DNA of 61,326 bases, from contig NC_068989.1 of assembly GCF_001194135.2 (NCBI RefSeq), forward strand, positions 62,844,700-62,906,025, written 5' to 3'. Source of the DNA: Octopus bimaculoides. Taxonomy: Eukaryota. Both the position numbers and the translations under genes were made by a program. How positions within the stretch are numbered: the stretch's first letter is position 1; each line of letters begins with the position of its first letter. The notes below the pieces were generated by a model that was not told the origin of the DNA, did not search any database, and saw nothing but the letters and a program-made list of their open reading frames with translations. Shown here piece by piece: positions 51,111-61,326 of the stretch.

Positions 51111-52020
51111 TCATAATTCGATTTTATTCCAAGATATCTTGCCAGTAGAGAAAGAGCCGATGTCTAACCTAGACTCAAGGCTGCTCCATCGAAAATTCAA
51201 CAATATCAACAGAGTATTTTTGTAACTATATATACGTGCCGATTTGTATGTTTTGATTTATATATATGGATTTTCATGCATATAACTGCATATCTAGACA
51301 TGCTCATATATATTTAAAAGGTACATTTCTGGAAAGTTTTGAATAGTTACTGTCCACAGTGTGTGGCTTGAATTTGTAGTCTTCGAATATGCTTTCTCCT
51401 TTCTGGTTTTGAGGAGCCTAATTTCTGAAGATTCGTATTTCGGCAGTGTGTTACATATCCCAGTGCCCCAGTAATTACAGATGTAAACCTGAATTTGTGA
51501 TCTGGGTTGAGTATCTGTAAATTTTTCAATAGTTCAGCGTCGGTATTCTCTTTCTCGCTGATTTTTACTTTTAAGTTAATATCCGCTGGCAGCTGATTTC
51601 TATAACTGTGCACAGTTTCTCTTTTCTATCCCAAATTATTATATCAGATCTATTGCGTTTGTAGTTTATTAAGTAATTAATTGGGACATTCCTACAGTAT
51701 TCTTTTTTAATTATGAGTGGATATGACTTACATCATAGCGTGGGTTCTTATTCCTTTGTCCTCGGAGTTATCCGTCCGACGAATCTCATTATGCAATATC
51801 CTAGCTACAACATCATGTCTCATCGGTGGATAACACAGTAATGACATATTTAAACAATTGCTTATGATGTGGGTGATGTCTTCGGTGCTACCTCCATAAC
51901 CTCTGTTTTGCTGTTTTTCCTGCATCCCTGTCCCTTTTGTGTATCAGATTGATATTTCCTGTTCCTGGATTGCAAACTCATACCCTTTAAAATTAGTTAG
52001 TAATCCGGTCGTTGGGCCAT
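51111..52020 (-). mobile_element. 5'-truncated R4/Dong-like RLE LINE (CCHC region, RLE, 3' UTR), frameshifted
   Basis: FAIQEQEI, then STEDITHIISNC...RHDVVARILH, then PADINLKVKISEKEN...VITGALG. The 3' UTR is homologous to 21472-21685. (TATG)n lies at both junctions. Confidence 0.85.
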
Positions 52021-53792
52021 AACGTATGTATGTATGTATCTATTTATCTATCAATGTACGTAAAAAATTAACATTGAACATAGAAGTTAAAGATAATTTT
52101 ACCTGATAAATTTGAGTGGATTCTTTATCCAAATGTTTAAGCTTTGAATATTATAAATGTTTAATCTCAGTAAAATACTGTGCATAAATATGTGTAGCTT
52201 ATATTCTTTTTGAAGATTCTTTCGCTACATATATGTAATAAATGTATTATTGCAAAATAGGATAAGTATACATCGAATGAAAGTTTTACGAATAACATAG
52301 CGGAGTGTTATCATGAAGCACTTTGCACAAGTATTTGCACAGAAGAATTAGAATATATCAGTGCTAAACATGTAATATGTATAAAATATAAAACTCCAAA
52401 CCCTGTTTGGTAAAACCTTATCAATAAAATACTATTCCATTTCTAACAATTGTGAATAAAAATATGTGAACACCAATGTATGGAAATTAGAATAAATCTA
52501 CCGAAAGTAGATGCAAACTTATGCATACAGTCAACATAAAACTTAACCTCGAAGGAAACTGGAAAGCCATAGACTTATTGCTTAACTTTAAACGCAAATT
52601 CAAAACCAGATGCATAGATAGATAGACACACAGATAGATAGAAAGAGGGATAGATAGATAGATAGATAGATAGATAGTTAGAAATGGTTCATTCTTGCAA
52701 ACCGAACGTTATCATCGTGCACATGTGTCTAGAACCTGAAGCATAAAATTAGGTAAGTCGTCATGAAACTAAATTCGAAATTTAAATCAACCAATGCACC
52801 ATGTAATAAGGTTTGCATTTACTTAAAATGTTAATAACATCAGTTTACAGGCCAGCGCCTCTGAATCATAGGAAATTCTATTCCAACATCCAGATACTCA
52901 AGAATCTCGGCAATTTATAATTCATCAATTTATTTACATTTGAAATAGCTGTTAAATATTTATCGGATTTACACACCTAAATTCATACGTAGTAAACTGA
53001 ACTATTTGGAATAGGCATAAAAAATTTCACTCTGCCATAGTGTAAATCATCGTTTCAATAAAATTTACAATAAACTGAATGTTTACCATTTAATGATTTT
53101 TCACCAACAGCAACGCATATTTAATAAGTGAAGTATTTTAACAGATCTATTTGCACAAATGTATTTGAAGAGTTTGAATTTCAACTCTGTTAGTCAGATA
53201 TTATATAACAACTTAAAAATATAACTTCAACCAATAATTTTCCCAAAACTACGAACGTATTAAAACATACTAACTTTATTTTACCATAATTCGGCTAACC
53301 AGAAATTGCAGCTGAACATATAGAGTAAGTAACAAGATTCAGATCGCAAAATTTATACTTAAAATCCATTTGAGATTAGGGAAAAGTATATTATGTTACA
53401 CAAACCTCTTAATTGCATTCGTTGCTTTTAATTATTTTTTTTTAACCCGGAAATATAATGAGTGTTTATTGTGTTTTTCATTACGCGATACTATTGGCAC
53501 TTTATACTACAGTTTTGATCTAGAAATTATGCATACATGTATAAGTATAAATTTCAGAAGTTTAATCTGTGAGATTGTTTGTTCATGCGCACACATACAC
53601 ACACATACACACACACATACGCACACACTCACTCACATACACACGCATGCACTAGCACACGTACACGTACATATACACACATACACACGTACTCATGCAT
53701 ACACATCCATACAGGCACATACACACATGTCATTCTTCATATATGTTTACGCACGCTGCATTATTTTACTGTGCTATCATTTAATTCAATTG

Positions 53793-54194
53793 GGCGTCGC
53801 GCTGGTAGAATCTTTTGCACGCCGGGCAAAATACTTAACAGTATTTCGTCTGCCGTTACGTTCTGAGTTCAAATTACGCCGAGGTCGACTTTGCCTTTCA
53901 TCCTTTCTAGGTCGATAAATTAAGTACCAGTTACGCACTGGTGTCGATGTAATCGACTTAATCCCTTTGTCTGTCCTTGTTTGTCCCCTCTATGTTTAGC
54001 TCCTTGTGGGTAATAAAGAAATAAGTATTTCGTCTGCCGCTACTTTCTAATTTCAAATTCCGCCGAGGTCCACTTTGCCTTTCAGCCTTTCTGAGTAAAT
54101 TAATTAAGTACTCGAGAAATTCTGGGGTTGATGTAATCGACTAGTCCCCCGCCCTAAAAATATTAGGCCTAGTGCCAATTGTAGGAAGGTTGTT
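53793..54194 (+). mobile_element. Nested SINE dimer: tail-B unit inserted at the GTAT^TTCGTC site of a tail-A SINE
   Basis: Head...CAGTAT TTCGTCTGCC...tail B ending AATAAAGAAAT (54022), then AAGTAT TTCGTCTGCC...tail A. Outer TSD ATTTAATTCA at 53779-53788 and 54195-54204. Confidence 0.9.
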
Positions 54195-54209
54195 ATTTAA
54201 TTCAGTGAC

Positions 54210-54310
54210 GGCCATTACCTGGCAGATTGGTTAGCACGTTGAAGGAAATGCATAGATCATTTCGTCCGTCTTTATGTTTAGATTTCCACCGAAATCTACT
54301 TTCCTTTTCA
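54210..54310 (+). mobile_element. Decayed SINE 5' fragment
   Basis: CTGGCAGATTGGTTAGCACG...GAAATGCATAG..CATTTCGTCCGTCTTTA. Confidence 0.6.
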
Positions 54311-54456
54311 GTTATATACGTAAAACATTTGAAGATAAACTTAATGTTTCGGTTCTGTCAAAATTATTTATCCGTTTCTTTCCAATGTTATTTGAATTAA
54401 CGTGAAAAATATTTTTATCGTAGTGTTTTATAATTTTTTGCAATATTCTCAAGAGA

Positions 54457-54460
<4 letters not shown>

Positions 54461-54524
<64 letters not shown>

Positions 54525-54550
54525 TACACAGTGAGTCAGTCAGACAGACA
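54461..54550. repeat. (GA)n-(GACA)n microsatellite
   Basis: Direct reading. Confidence 0.95.
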
Positions 54551-54879
54551 GAAAGCGTTTCAAGTAGAAAGAATAAGCATTTTCATCTCCTGCCTTTCTA
54601 CGCTTTCAGTCCAATTCCCTGAGCTATCAGTGTGAGTCAGACATCAAATATCTCGCCGAGTTCTGGCCGACCAGTTCAGATCAAAGGGGGCCGATACACA
54701 CATTCACACACTCACACACACACATTCACGCACTCACACGCACATTCACACACACACACACGTACACATATATATATATATGTCTGTGTGTGTGTGTGTG
54801 AGTGTGTGTGTATGTGTGTGTGTGTGTGTCTGTGTGTGTGTGTGTGACGTAACCCACTCATGAATCAGTCGCCGTCACC

Positions 54880-55312
54880 GTCATTCGACAGTTAATTTCC
54901 ACACGACCAGCCCAGCGACACAGTGTGCTTCGTCAATGGGACAACACTCGCCTCACACTTCGCGGAATTCAGAAGAAATGTTCTTCAAGACCTCGGCTAG
55001 GAAGCGCTACTGCATCCACCGAATTTTTCAGATGTAGCGCCTTAAGGTGATTACCTATCTAGCTCATTCTCCAACAGTGTGCGAATCATGTCCTTCAACA
55101 GTATCATCGATCAGCAATTGGGGCCCAACTATTTCTTCGGGTCAAGATTTCTGCCGTTAAAGCATTGACAAACTAGTTCAACTTAGGCATAACGGCGTGA
55201 ACAATGAAGGCATACATACTATTGACTCATTCGTTAAAACTGCTAGAGAAAAATAAAGAATAAAATAAATGGGAAAAAAAAACAGACGAATTCATTTGAC
55301 AACTCAATGTCC
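54880..55312 (+). mobile_element. Decayed mariner 3' half
   Basis: WDNTR.HTSR...LQDLG*EALLHPPNFSDVAP (DN..PH and HPPYSPDLAP motifs). A TIR-like GACAACTCAAT lies near 55300. Confidence 0.7.
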
Positions 55313-56251
55313 CAAAATATACATACATGCATATAAATATACATACATGAATATAAAATGTATATACATAGAGAGAGAGAGAGAGAGAGTCGACATCCAT
55401 TAACAAGGTTGCAGAACCGATAATTTTAGAAAGGAAAAAATATAAGTAATACATGAATGGAAATTGAACCGCTGTGTACCTTAGATATTAAAGCAGTATG
55501 ATTCTAACCAGACAAAACAAAATTTGTTTCAACACACGAATTCACATGAAAAATCTTGCAAACCGGATACAGAAGAGAAGTATANNNNNNNNNNTATATA
55601 TATATATATATATATATACACAAACACACACATGCACACACACACACACATATGTACTTGTGTATGTTTGAATGATTGAATGTGTAAGTGTGCTTATAAA
55701 GACTCATAAAACTTTTATGAATCGGTAACTCCTAAGAGTTCATCTACATAAGAGCAAATGTTAATTTTCAGGATTCAATGTAGATGGCACAAAACATGTG
55801 TATGAAATGTTTTTAGCTGTAAGGTGATAAAGAAAAATCAATTTGATCACGTGCCATCTTAATATAAGCGATGCTTGTACAAATCTTGAAGTTGTAAGGA
55901 GGCAAGCTATACAAGTTCTCCCCACTCAGTAATCTTGATTCAGCTTAACGTTCATATCAGAGCATAATCTCACCGTAACCTCTCTGGTGTCCTGCCATTT
56001 ATTCATATACATAGCCTCTTGTTGTACAGATCATATGTACGAAGAACGAGATACATTGTTTTTGGCATTCTATCAAAAACAAGTACTTCTATAGTTTTCC
56101 TTACTTCAGTAGTAAAAAGCAAATCATGTTGCTTCCAATAATATCAATATAAACTCAATAATGTGTCCGTATGTGTGTGAGTGTTTGTGTAGCGTGTGTG
56201 CCTGAATAAGTGTGCGTGTGTATGTTTCTGTGTTTCTGTGTGTGTGTGTTT

Positions 56252-56298
<47 letters not shown>

Positions 56299-56825
56299 TG
56301 TGAATATATTGGAATAAATATTTACTTTCACACTGCCCATATCACTTTCATTGGAGATATTTTAAGATATCTCATGATATAAATATATTACATACACACG
56401 CATGCTCACACGCATGCTCACACACAGATGCACGCACACACACACACACACGCATACACTCATGGACACATACACACGCACGTACATACGCACACACACT
56501 CACACACACTCACACACACAGACACAACAGTTTAACTGAGTCTCGCATGACTTAAATTTCCGTGGTCGAATAGAACACGTCTTACTCATAAGATGTTCAA
56601 ATTCTGCCTCTGAACATCTTGTAAGATGGAGCTTTCCTACATATTTACGTAATTTTAAGCTACGTAAAGCGAATTCAAAGTATTATTCATTAGAAGTTAT
56701 GCCCAACGACATAGACTAAAGCTAGTGTCTTTCGTTTGTTCACTCACCATATATACATATATGTGTGTGTGCGTGTGTGTATATGTGTGTGTCTTAAGTT
56801 GTGTATATGTCTGTGTAAATATGTG

Positions 56826-57130
56826 TTATGCAGTCTAATTTCTAAATTTCTTCCGAACAGAGAAACAACCGGTTTCTAACCGAGATCCAAGGCTTCTTCA
56901 TTAGATAATTACACAAGATCAAAAGATGTTTGTGCATGTTTATGTATATATGTGCAATATTTGGTGTCAGTACATGATTATATTTGTATGTTTTGTTTTA
57001 CGTCTAGACTTACATTTATGTACTTAAAAGCTATACTTTTGGATAGATTTACACACTTTGAATGTTCCATTTATGCTTTATATTTGCAAACTTCTAATTA
57101 GCTTACTTCTTTCTAGTTTTGAAACACCTA
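56826..57130 (-). mobile_element. Third R4/Dong-like RLE LINE 3' fragment, old
   Basis: Minus strand LGVSKLERSKLIRSLQI*SINGTFKVCKS parallels LGFYKQERRKLIGTLQSQSITESVKIFKT. It has the GGTTAGAAACCGGTT 3' UTR motif and (TATG)n at the 5' junction. Confidence 0.7.
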
Positions 57131-57553
57131 ATCTATATGTACATATATGTGTACGTATGTAAGTATGTATGTATGTATGTATGTATGTATGTATGTGTGT
57201 TTGTATTTATGTATGTATGTACGAGCATATGTAAGCATGCATGTATGTATGGCATAAGTATTCATATTTTTACATTGCATTTACAATATTCATTTGCGTC
57301 AAGCATCATATGGAAAAAGTAGCCCAGAGTTCTGATTTCATGGAGCAATTGGCAGGAACTAGGTCTCCAAATATTCGTGTTCGTAGAAATGGTGTTCTTC
57401 TAAAGTAACCATAAATCAAAAGTAAACACATAAACAGATAATCAATAAAATTACACCAACCCAATCCTTCCAGATCTAGATGTAGGTAAGTTACCCGATA
57501 AAATATGATATATATACATACATACATACACACACATATATATATATATATTA

Positions 57554-58080
57554 TGAGGAGTTAACCAAATGTAACCGGAAATGTTCTCTGTGGGACAACC
57601 AGTTGATGCGACCCTCAGGCATCAGTCGACCGACTGGCATAATCCAGTACAGTCGTACTGTCACGTGGTGCGTCCTTGTTTTGCAGTGCTTCTCCCCTGT
57701 TCGTCGACTTTAGCGTTGGGTGAAACGAAAGAAGAGCGTGCTTACGGAAAATTTTGTTTTCTGCTGAGTAAAACGGCGACCGAAACAGTTGACATGCTTC
57801 AAACAGCTTACGAAGACGCTGCCATGAGCAAAACGCAAGTTTACGAGTGATTTTCCAGCTTTAAGAATTGTCGCTTTTTGCTTGAAGATCAACTTCGTTC
57901 AGGACGACCATTGACCTCCCAAACGAATGAAAACTCGAAAATACATGGACTGTTCTTTGAGACCCACCTAACAGTTGACGAACGTGTTGATATAACTGGT
58001 GCATCCTGGAGCGACTGCCAACGAATTCTGAGCGCGGGATTGCGAATGAAAAGAACTTCAGCAAAATTTGCGACTCACTT
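57554..58080 (+). mobile_element. Decayed mariner 5' half, same family as 32520-33195
   Basis: TA|TGAGGAG..CCAAATGTAACCGGAAA start. KFCFLLSKTATETVDMLQTAYEDAAMSKTQVYE*FSSFK...EDQLRSGRP. Confidence 0.85.
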
Positions 58081-58239
58081 TGTAAGCCCGGTACCTACTC
58101 TATCGGTTCCTTTCGGCCGAACTGCTATGTTACGATGACGTAAACACACCAACGCTGGTTGTCAAGCGATAGAGGAGGAACTAAGATAGACATACATACA
58201 TACACACACACAAACACACACATATATGTATTTATCTAC

Positions 58240-58317
<78 letters not shown>

Positions 58318-58466
58318 GACAAGCTTCTTTCCTTTCCATTTCCGTCTTCCAAATCTACTCACAAGGCTTTGGTCGGCCTGAGGCTATAGTAGAAGACACT
58401 TTCCCAAGGTGCTGAACCCGGAACCATGTGATTGGAAAGCAAGATTCTTACCACACAGTCACGCCT
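58081..58466 (-). mobile_element. SINE family C with internal (CA)-(CT)-(TA) microsatellite
   Basis: Head at 58317-58466 (reverse complement GGCGTGACTGTGTGGTAAG...ATGGTTCCGGGTTCAG). Microsatellite at 58190-58316. Body TTTCGGCCGAACTGCTA...GTTGTCAAGC. Confidence 0.85.
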
Positions 58467-59104
58467 GTATTTGAGTCATTATGTGTGTGTATCTCTGATT
58501 CATAACTTAAGACACGTAGTGTTTTGGGGAGAAAATTTGCGTGTTATTTTTAGCACGTCCACGATATGTAGAATTCATTCCGCTTCTTCGACGCTTCATA
58601 ATTGTAATATTACTGGGGTTTTATTTGCATTAATATATTTTCCATAGTTTTTGACACCAAAATAAAGCTAAGCACATATTTTAGGACTGTTAGCCAACAT
58701 ACCAACATCTCTAAGGATTCAACGTTAACAATATTTCTTCAATATTTATCATTGGAATATCTGGATATGGTTTTGCATTTCTTAAACACCCATATATGTT
58801 GTATGTATTTGAGAATTAATGGGTTATCATAGGTCGTTTACTTTGTGGATTTTATTTCTTAAAGGCTAGATGACATAAATATTTCTACCATAAGTGTGGG
58901 AATAGATATTGAAGTTTGAGGCTTGTAATGCATTAGAAATATACACACGCATGCATAAATACATAAGTACACTACCGCACATACTAATGTACACACACAC
59001 AACACACATACAACACACACGCATACACACAAACACAGAGATGTATATGTTTGTGTCTGTCTATGCGTCTGCATATATATATATATATATATATTTTTTA
59101 TTTA

Positions 59105-59411
59105 TTTTTTTTTGTTTATGTGTTTCAGCCAAGTGGCTGCGGTCATGCTGGTGCACCACCGTGATTTTCACGTTCCTTGCATGGCTCTTCTCCCCCACCT
59201 GACATGGTCCAATCAAGAGTTTTGATGGCACATCTGGTGTATAAGAGAATTTGACACAGCTGCCCTAAACTGCGTCTCATTACGAGCCATTGGTTCGTCT
59301 GGCACCGTGGAGAGGAAAGCGTCAAGTTTTGTCTTGAAGACCTCCGCATCCATGTCTTGCATGTCTCTCAAATGTTTTGGCAGGGCATTGAAGAGCTGAG
59401 GTCCTCTGAAA
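59105..59411 (-). mobile_element. CR1/L2-group LINE 3' end (ORF2 C-terminus plus 3' tail), continues into the gap
   Basis: FRGPQLFNALPKHLRDM...FKTKLDAFLSTVPDEP...RAAVSNSLIHQ is the typical WN/FN.LP...FK..LD C-terminus. The tail is GGTGCACCAGCATGACCGCAGCCACTTGGCTGAAAC plus an A-rich end. Confidence 0.8.
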
Positions 59412-60483
59412 NNNNNNNNNNNNNNNNNNNNNNNNNNNNNNNNNNNNNNNNNNNNNNNNNNNNNNNNNNNNNNNNNNNNNNNNNNNNNNNNNNNNNNNNN
59501 NNNNNNNNNNNNNNNNNNNNNNNNNNNNNNNNNNNNNNNNNNNNNNNNNNNNNNNNNNNNNNNNNNNNNNNNNNNNNNNNNNNNNNNNNNNNNNNNNNNN
59601 NNNNNNNNNNNNNNNNNNNNNNNNNNNNNNNNNNNNNNNNNNNNNNNNNNNNNNNNNNNNNNNNNNNNNNNNNNNNNNNNNNNNNNNNNNNNNNNNNNNN
59701 NNNNNNNNNNNNNNNNNNNNNNNNNNNNNNNNNNNNNNNNNNNNNNNNNNNNNNNNNNNNNNNNNNNNNNNNNNNNNNNNNNNNNNNNNNNNNNNNNNNN
59801 NNNNNNNNNNNNNNNNNNNNNNNNNNNNNNNNNNNNNNNNNNNNNNNNNNNNNNNNNNNNNNNNNNNNNNNNNNNNNNNNNNNNNNNNNNNNNNNNNNNN
59901 NNNNNNNNNNNNNNNNNNNNNNNNNNNNNNNNNNNNNNNNNNNNNNNNNNNNNNNNNNNNNNNNNNNNNNNNNNNNNNNNNNNNNNNNNNNNNNNNNNNN
60001 NNNNNNNNNNNNNNNNNNNNNNNNNNNNNNNNNNNNNNNNNNNNNNNNNNNNNNNNNNNNNNNNNNNNNNNNNNNNNNNNNNNNNNNNNNNNNNNNNNNN
60101 NNNNNNNNNNNNNNNNNNNNNNNNNNNNNNNNNNNNNNNNNNNNNNNNNNNNNNNNNNNNNNNNNNNNNNNNNNNNNNNNNNNNNNNNNNNNNNNNNNNN
60201 NNNNNNNNNNNNNNNNNNNNNNNNNNNNNNNNNNNNNNNNNNNNNNNNNNNNNNNNNNNNNNNNNNNNNNNNNNNNNNNNNNNNNNNNNNNNNNNNNNNN
60301 NNNNNNNNNNNNNNNNNNNNNNNNNNNNNNNNNNNNNNNNNNNNNNNNNNNNNNNNNNNNNNNNNNATATATATATATATATATATATATATATACTTAC
60401 AAATATGTACAAGCATGTGTATATGTATATATATGTATGTATGAGTCTAGTTCTATTTTAAGTTATTTTTTTCAAAGCTACAA

Positions 60484-61060
60484 TTGAAGTTGCAAAAGAA
60501 CATATTAGGGATCTTTTGCTTTGAGTTCAATAAAAGCAACAACGAAACGGAAAGTGCAAGGGATATTAATGTAGTATACGGGGATCTGACAATAAGGGGA
60601 AGCCAGAGTCAACAGTGCTTCCAAACATCTACAGGCGGAAACTACAGCTCAGAAAACGTGCCTCGTCCTTGAAGATTTGTGGCGCTCGGCGAGTACGTCC
60701 TGCAAAGCCAGGCGGAACAAGATCCCATCGCAACTGTTGAAGAACTAGCAGAAAAGCTTGGATTTGGTCATTCAACGATTCATCGACATCTGCGTGCCAT
60801 CGGAGAAGCCAGAAAATAGGGTCAATGTGTTCCACACAAACTTTCCAAGTCTAATCGGTTGTAGAGAGTGAAAGTGTGCTCTTCTTTGTTGTCACGTCTC
60901 AAGAATGAATCTTTTATGGACCGATATAGTGACTGGTGGCGAGGAATGTGTTCTCTATAAAAATATCAAGCGCCGAAGACAGTAGATATGGGAAGGAGAA
61001 ATACCGGCACGCCAGGCTAACTCCCAGAGTCCGTCCAACAGTGTAACACATAAGAATGCC
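60484..61060 (+). pseudogene. mariner transposase pseudogene, N-terminal two-thirds
   Basis: FEFNKSNNETESARDINVVYGD...GNYSSENVPRP*RF; TVEELAEKLGFGHSTIHRHLRAIG; VPHKLS; and a DR.VTG.E.. remnant. Multiple stops and frameshifts. Confidence 0.85.
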
Positions 61061-61269
61061 TTGTGTTATGACATCGTGTACAAAACTTATGAGCAAATTT
61101 GGAAGTCGGAAACTGAAAGGAGCCAGTCATGCACGTGTGTGTCTTTATGTTTGTTTTTTATGTCCCACAACCACTTTACAGCCAACGCTGCTTTGTTAAA
61201 GTCAAAACTCTTAATGGGTCAGGCAATGCGACGACAAAATTAGGCATACAAAAATTGAACCCTCGAGAA

Positions 61270-61326
61270 ACGTTAACCCAGTATAGCTGTTCAATGACTG
61301 AAACAAGTCAAAGACAATAAAAAAAA
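61270..61326 (+). mobile_element. SINE family C tail remnant
   Basis: CCAGTATAGCTGTTCAATGACTGAAACAAGTCAAAGACAATAAAAAAAA. Confidence 0.6.

Noticed and set aside
59213-60487. Long ORFs of 364-399 aa, and similar ones at 7-8.5, 19, 22.7, 27.5, 28.5 and 44.2 kb
   Set aside because: They are mostly N gap read as X. Only the CR1/L2 C-terminus and the LINE ORF1 portions are real.

Overview
This is AT-rich, microsatellite-dense animal genomic DNA from a gapped draft assembly with 14 N-runs, most of them flanked by (TA)n or (TG)n. The repeat families resemble those of Octopus (inferred from memory of the repeat landscape, not from a search). No host gene could be identified with confidence, so the window looks intronic or intergenic, and nearly all listed ORFs are microsatellite or N-gap artefacts. 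It holds about 20 tRNA-head SINE copies in three tail classes: tail A, tail B, and a longer family C with an internal microsatellite. It also has five decayed mariner fragments, a Merlin/IS1016 remnant, a Penelope GIY-YIG fragment, three R4/Dong-like RLE LINE fragments, a CR1/L2-like 3' end, a Tx1/L1-like element with an intact visible ORF1, and two minimal hammerhead-ribozyme motifs. The best signal is a nested retroelement system. The Tx1-like element (18844-20693, minus) sits inside a SINE between its A and B boxes, with a 6-bp inner TSD and a perfect 12-bp outer TSD. A second copy of its 3' end joins the same SINE position. A SINE subfamily carrying the same 3'-terminal ~30 nt as this LINE is also nested inside other SINEs. 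All calls were made by eye without alignment tools, and coordinates of decayed elements are approximate.
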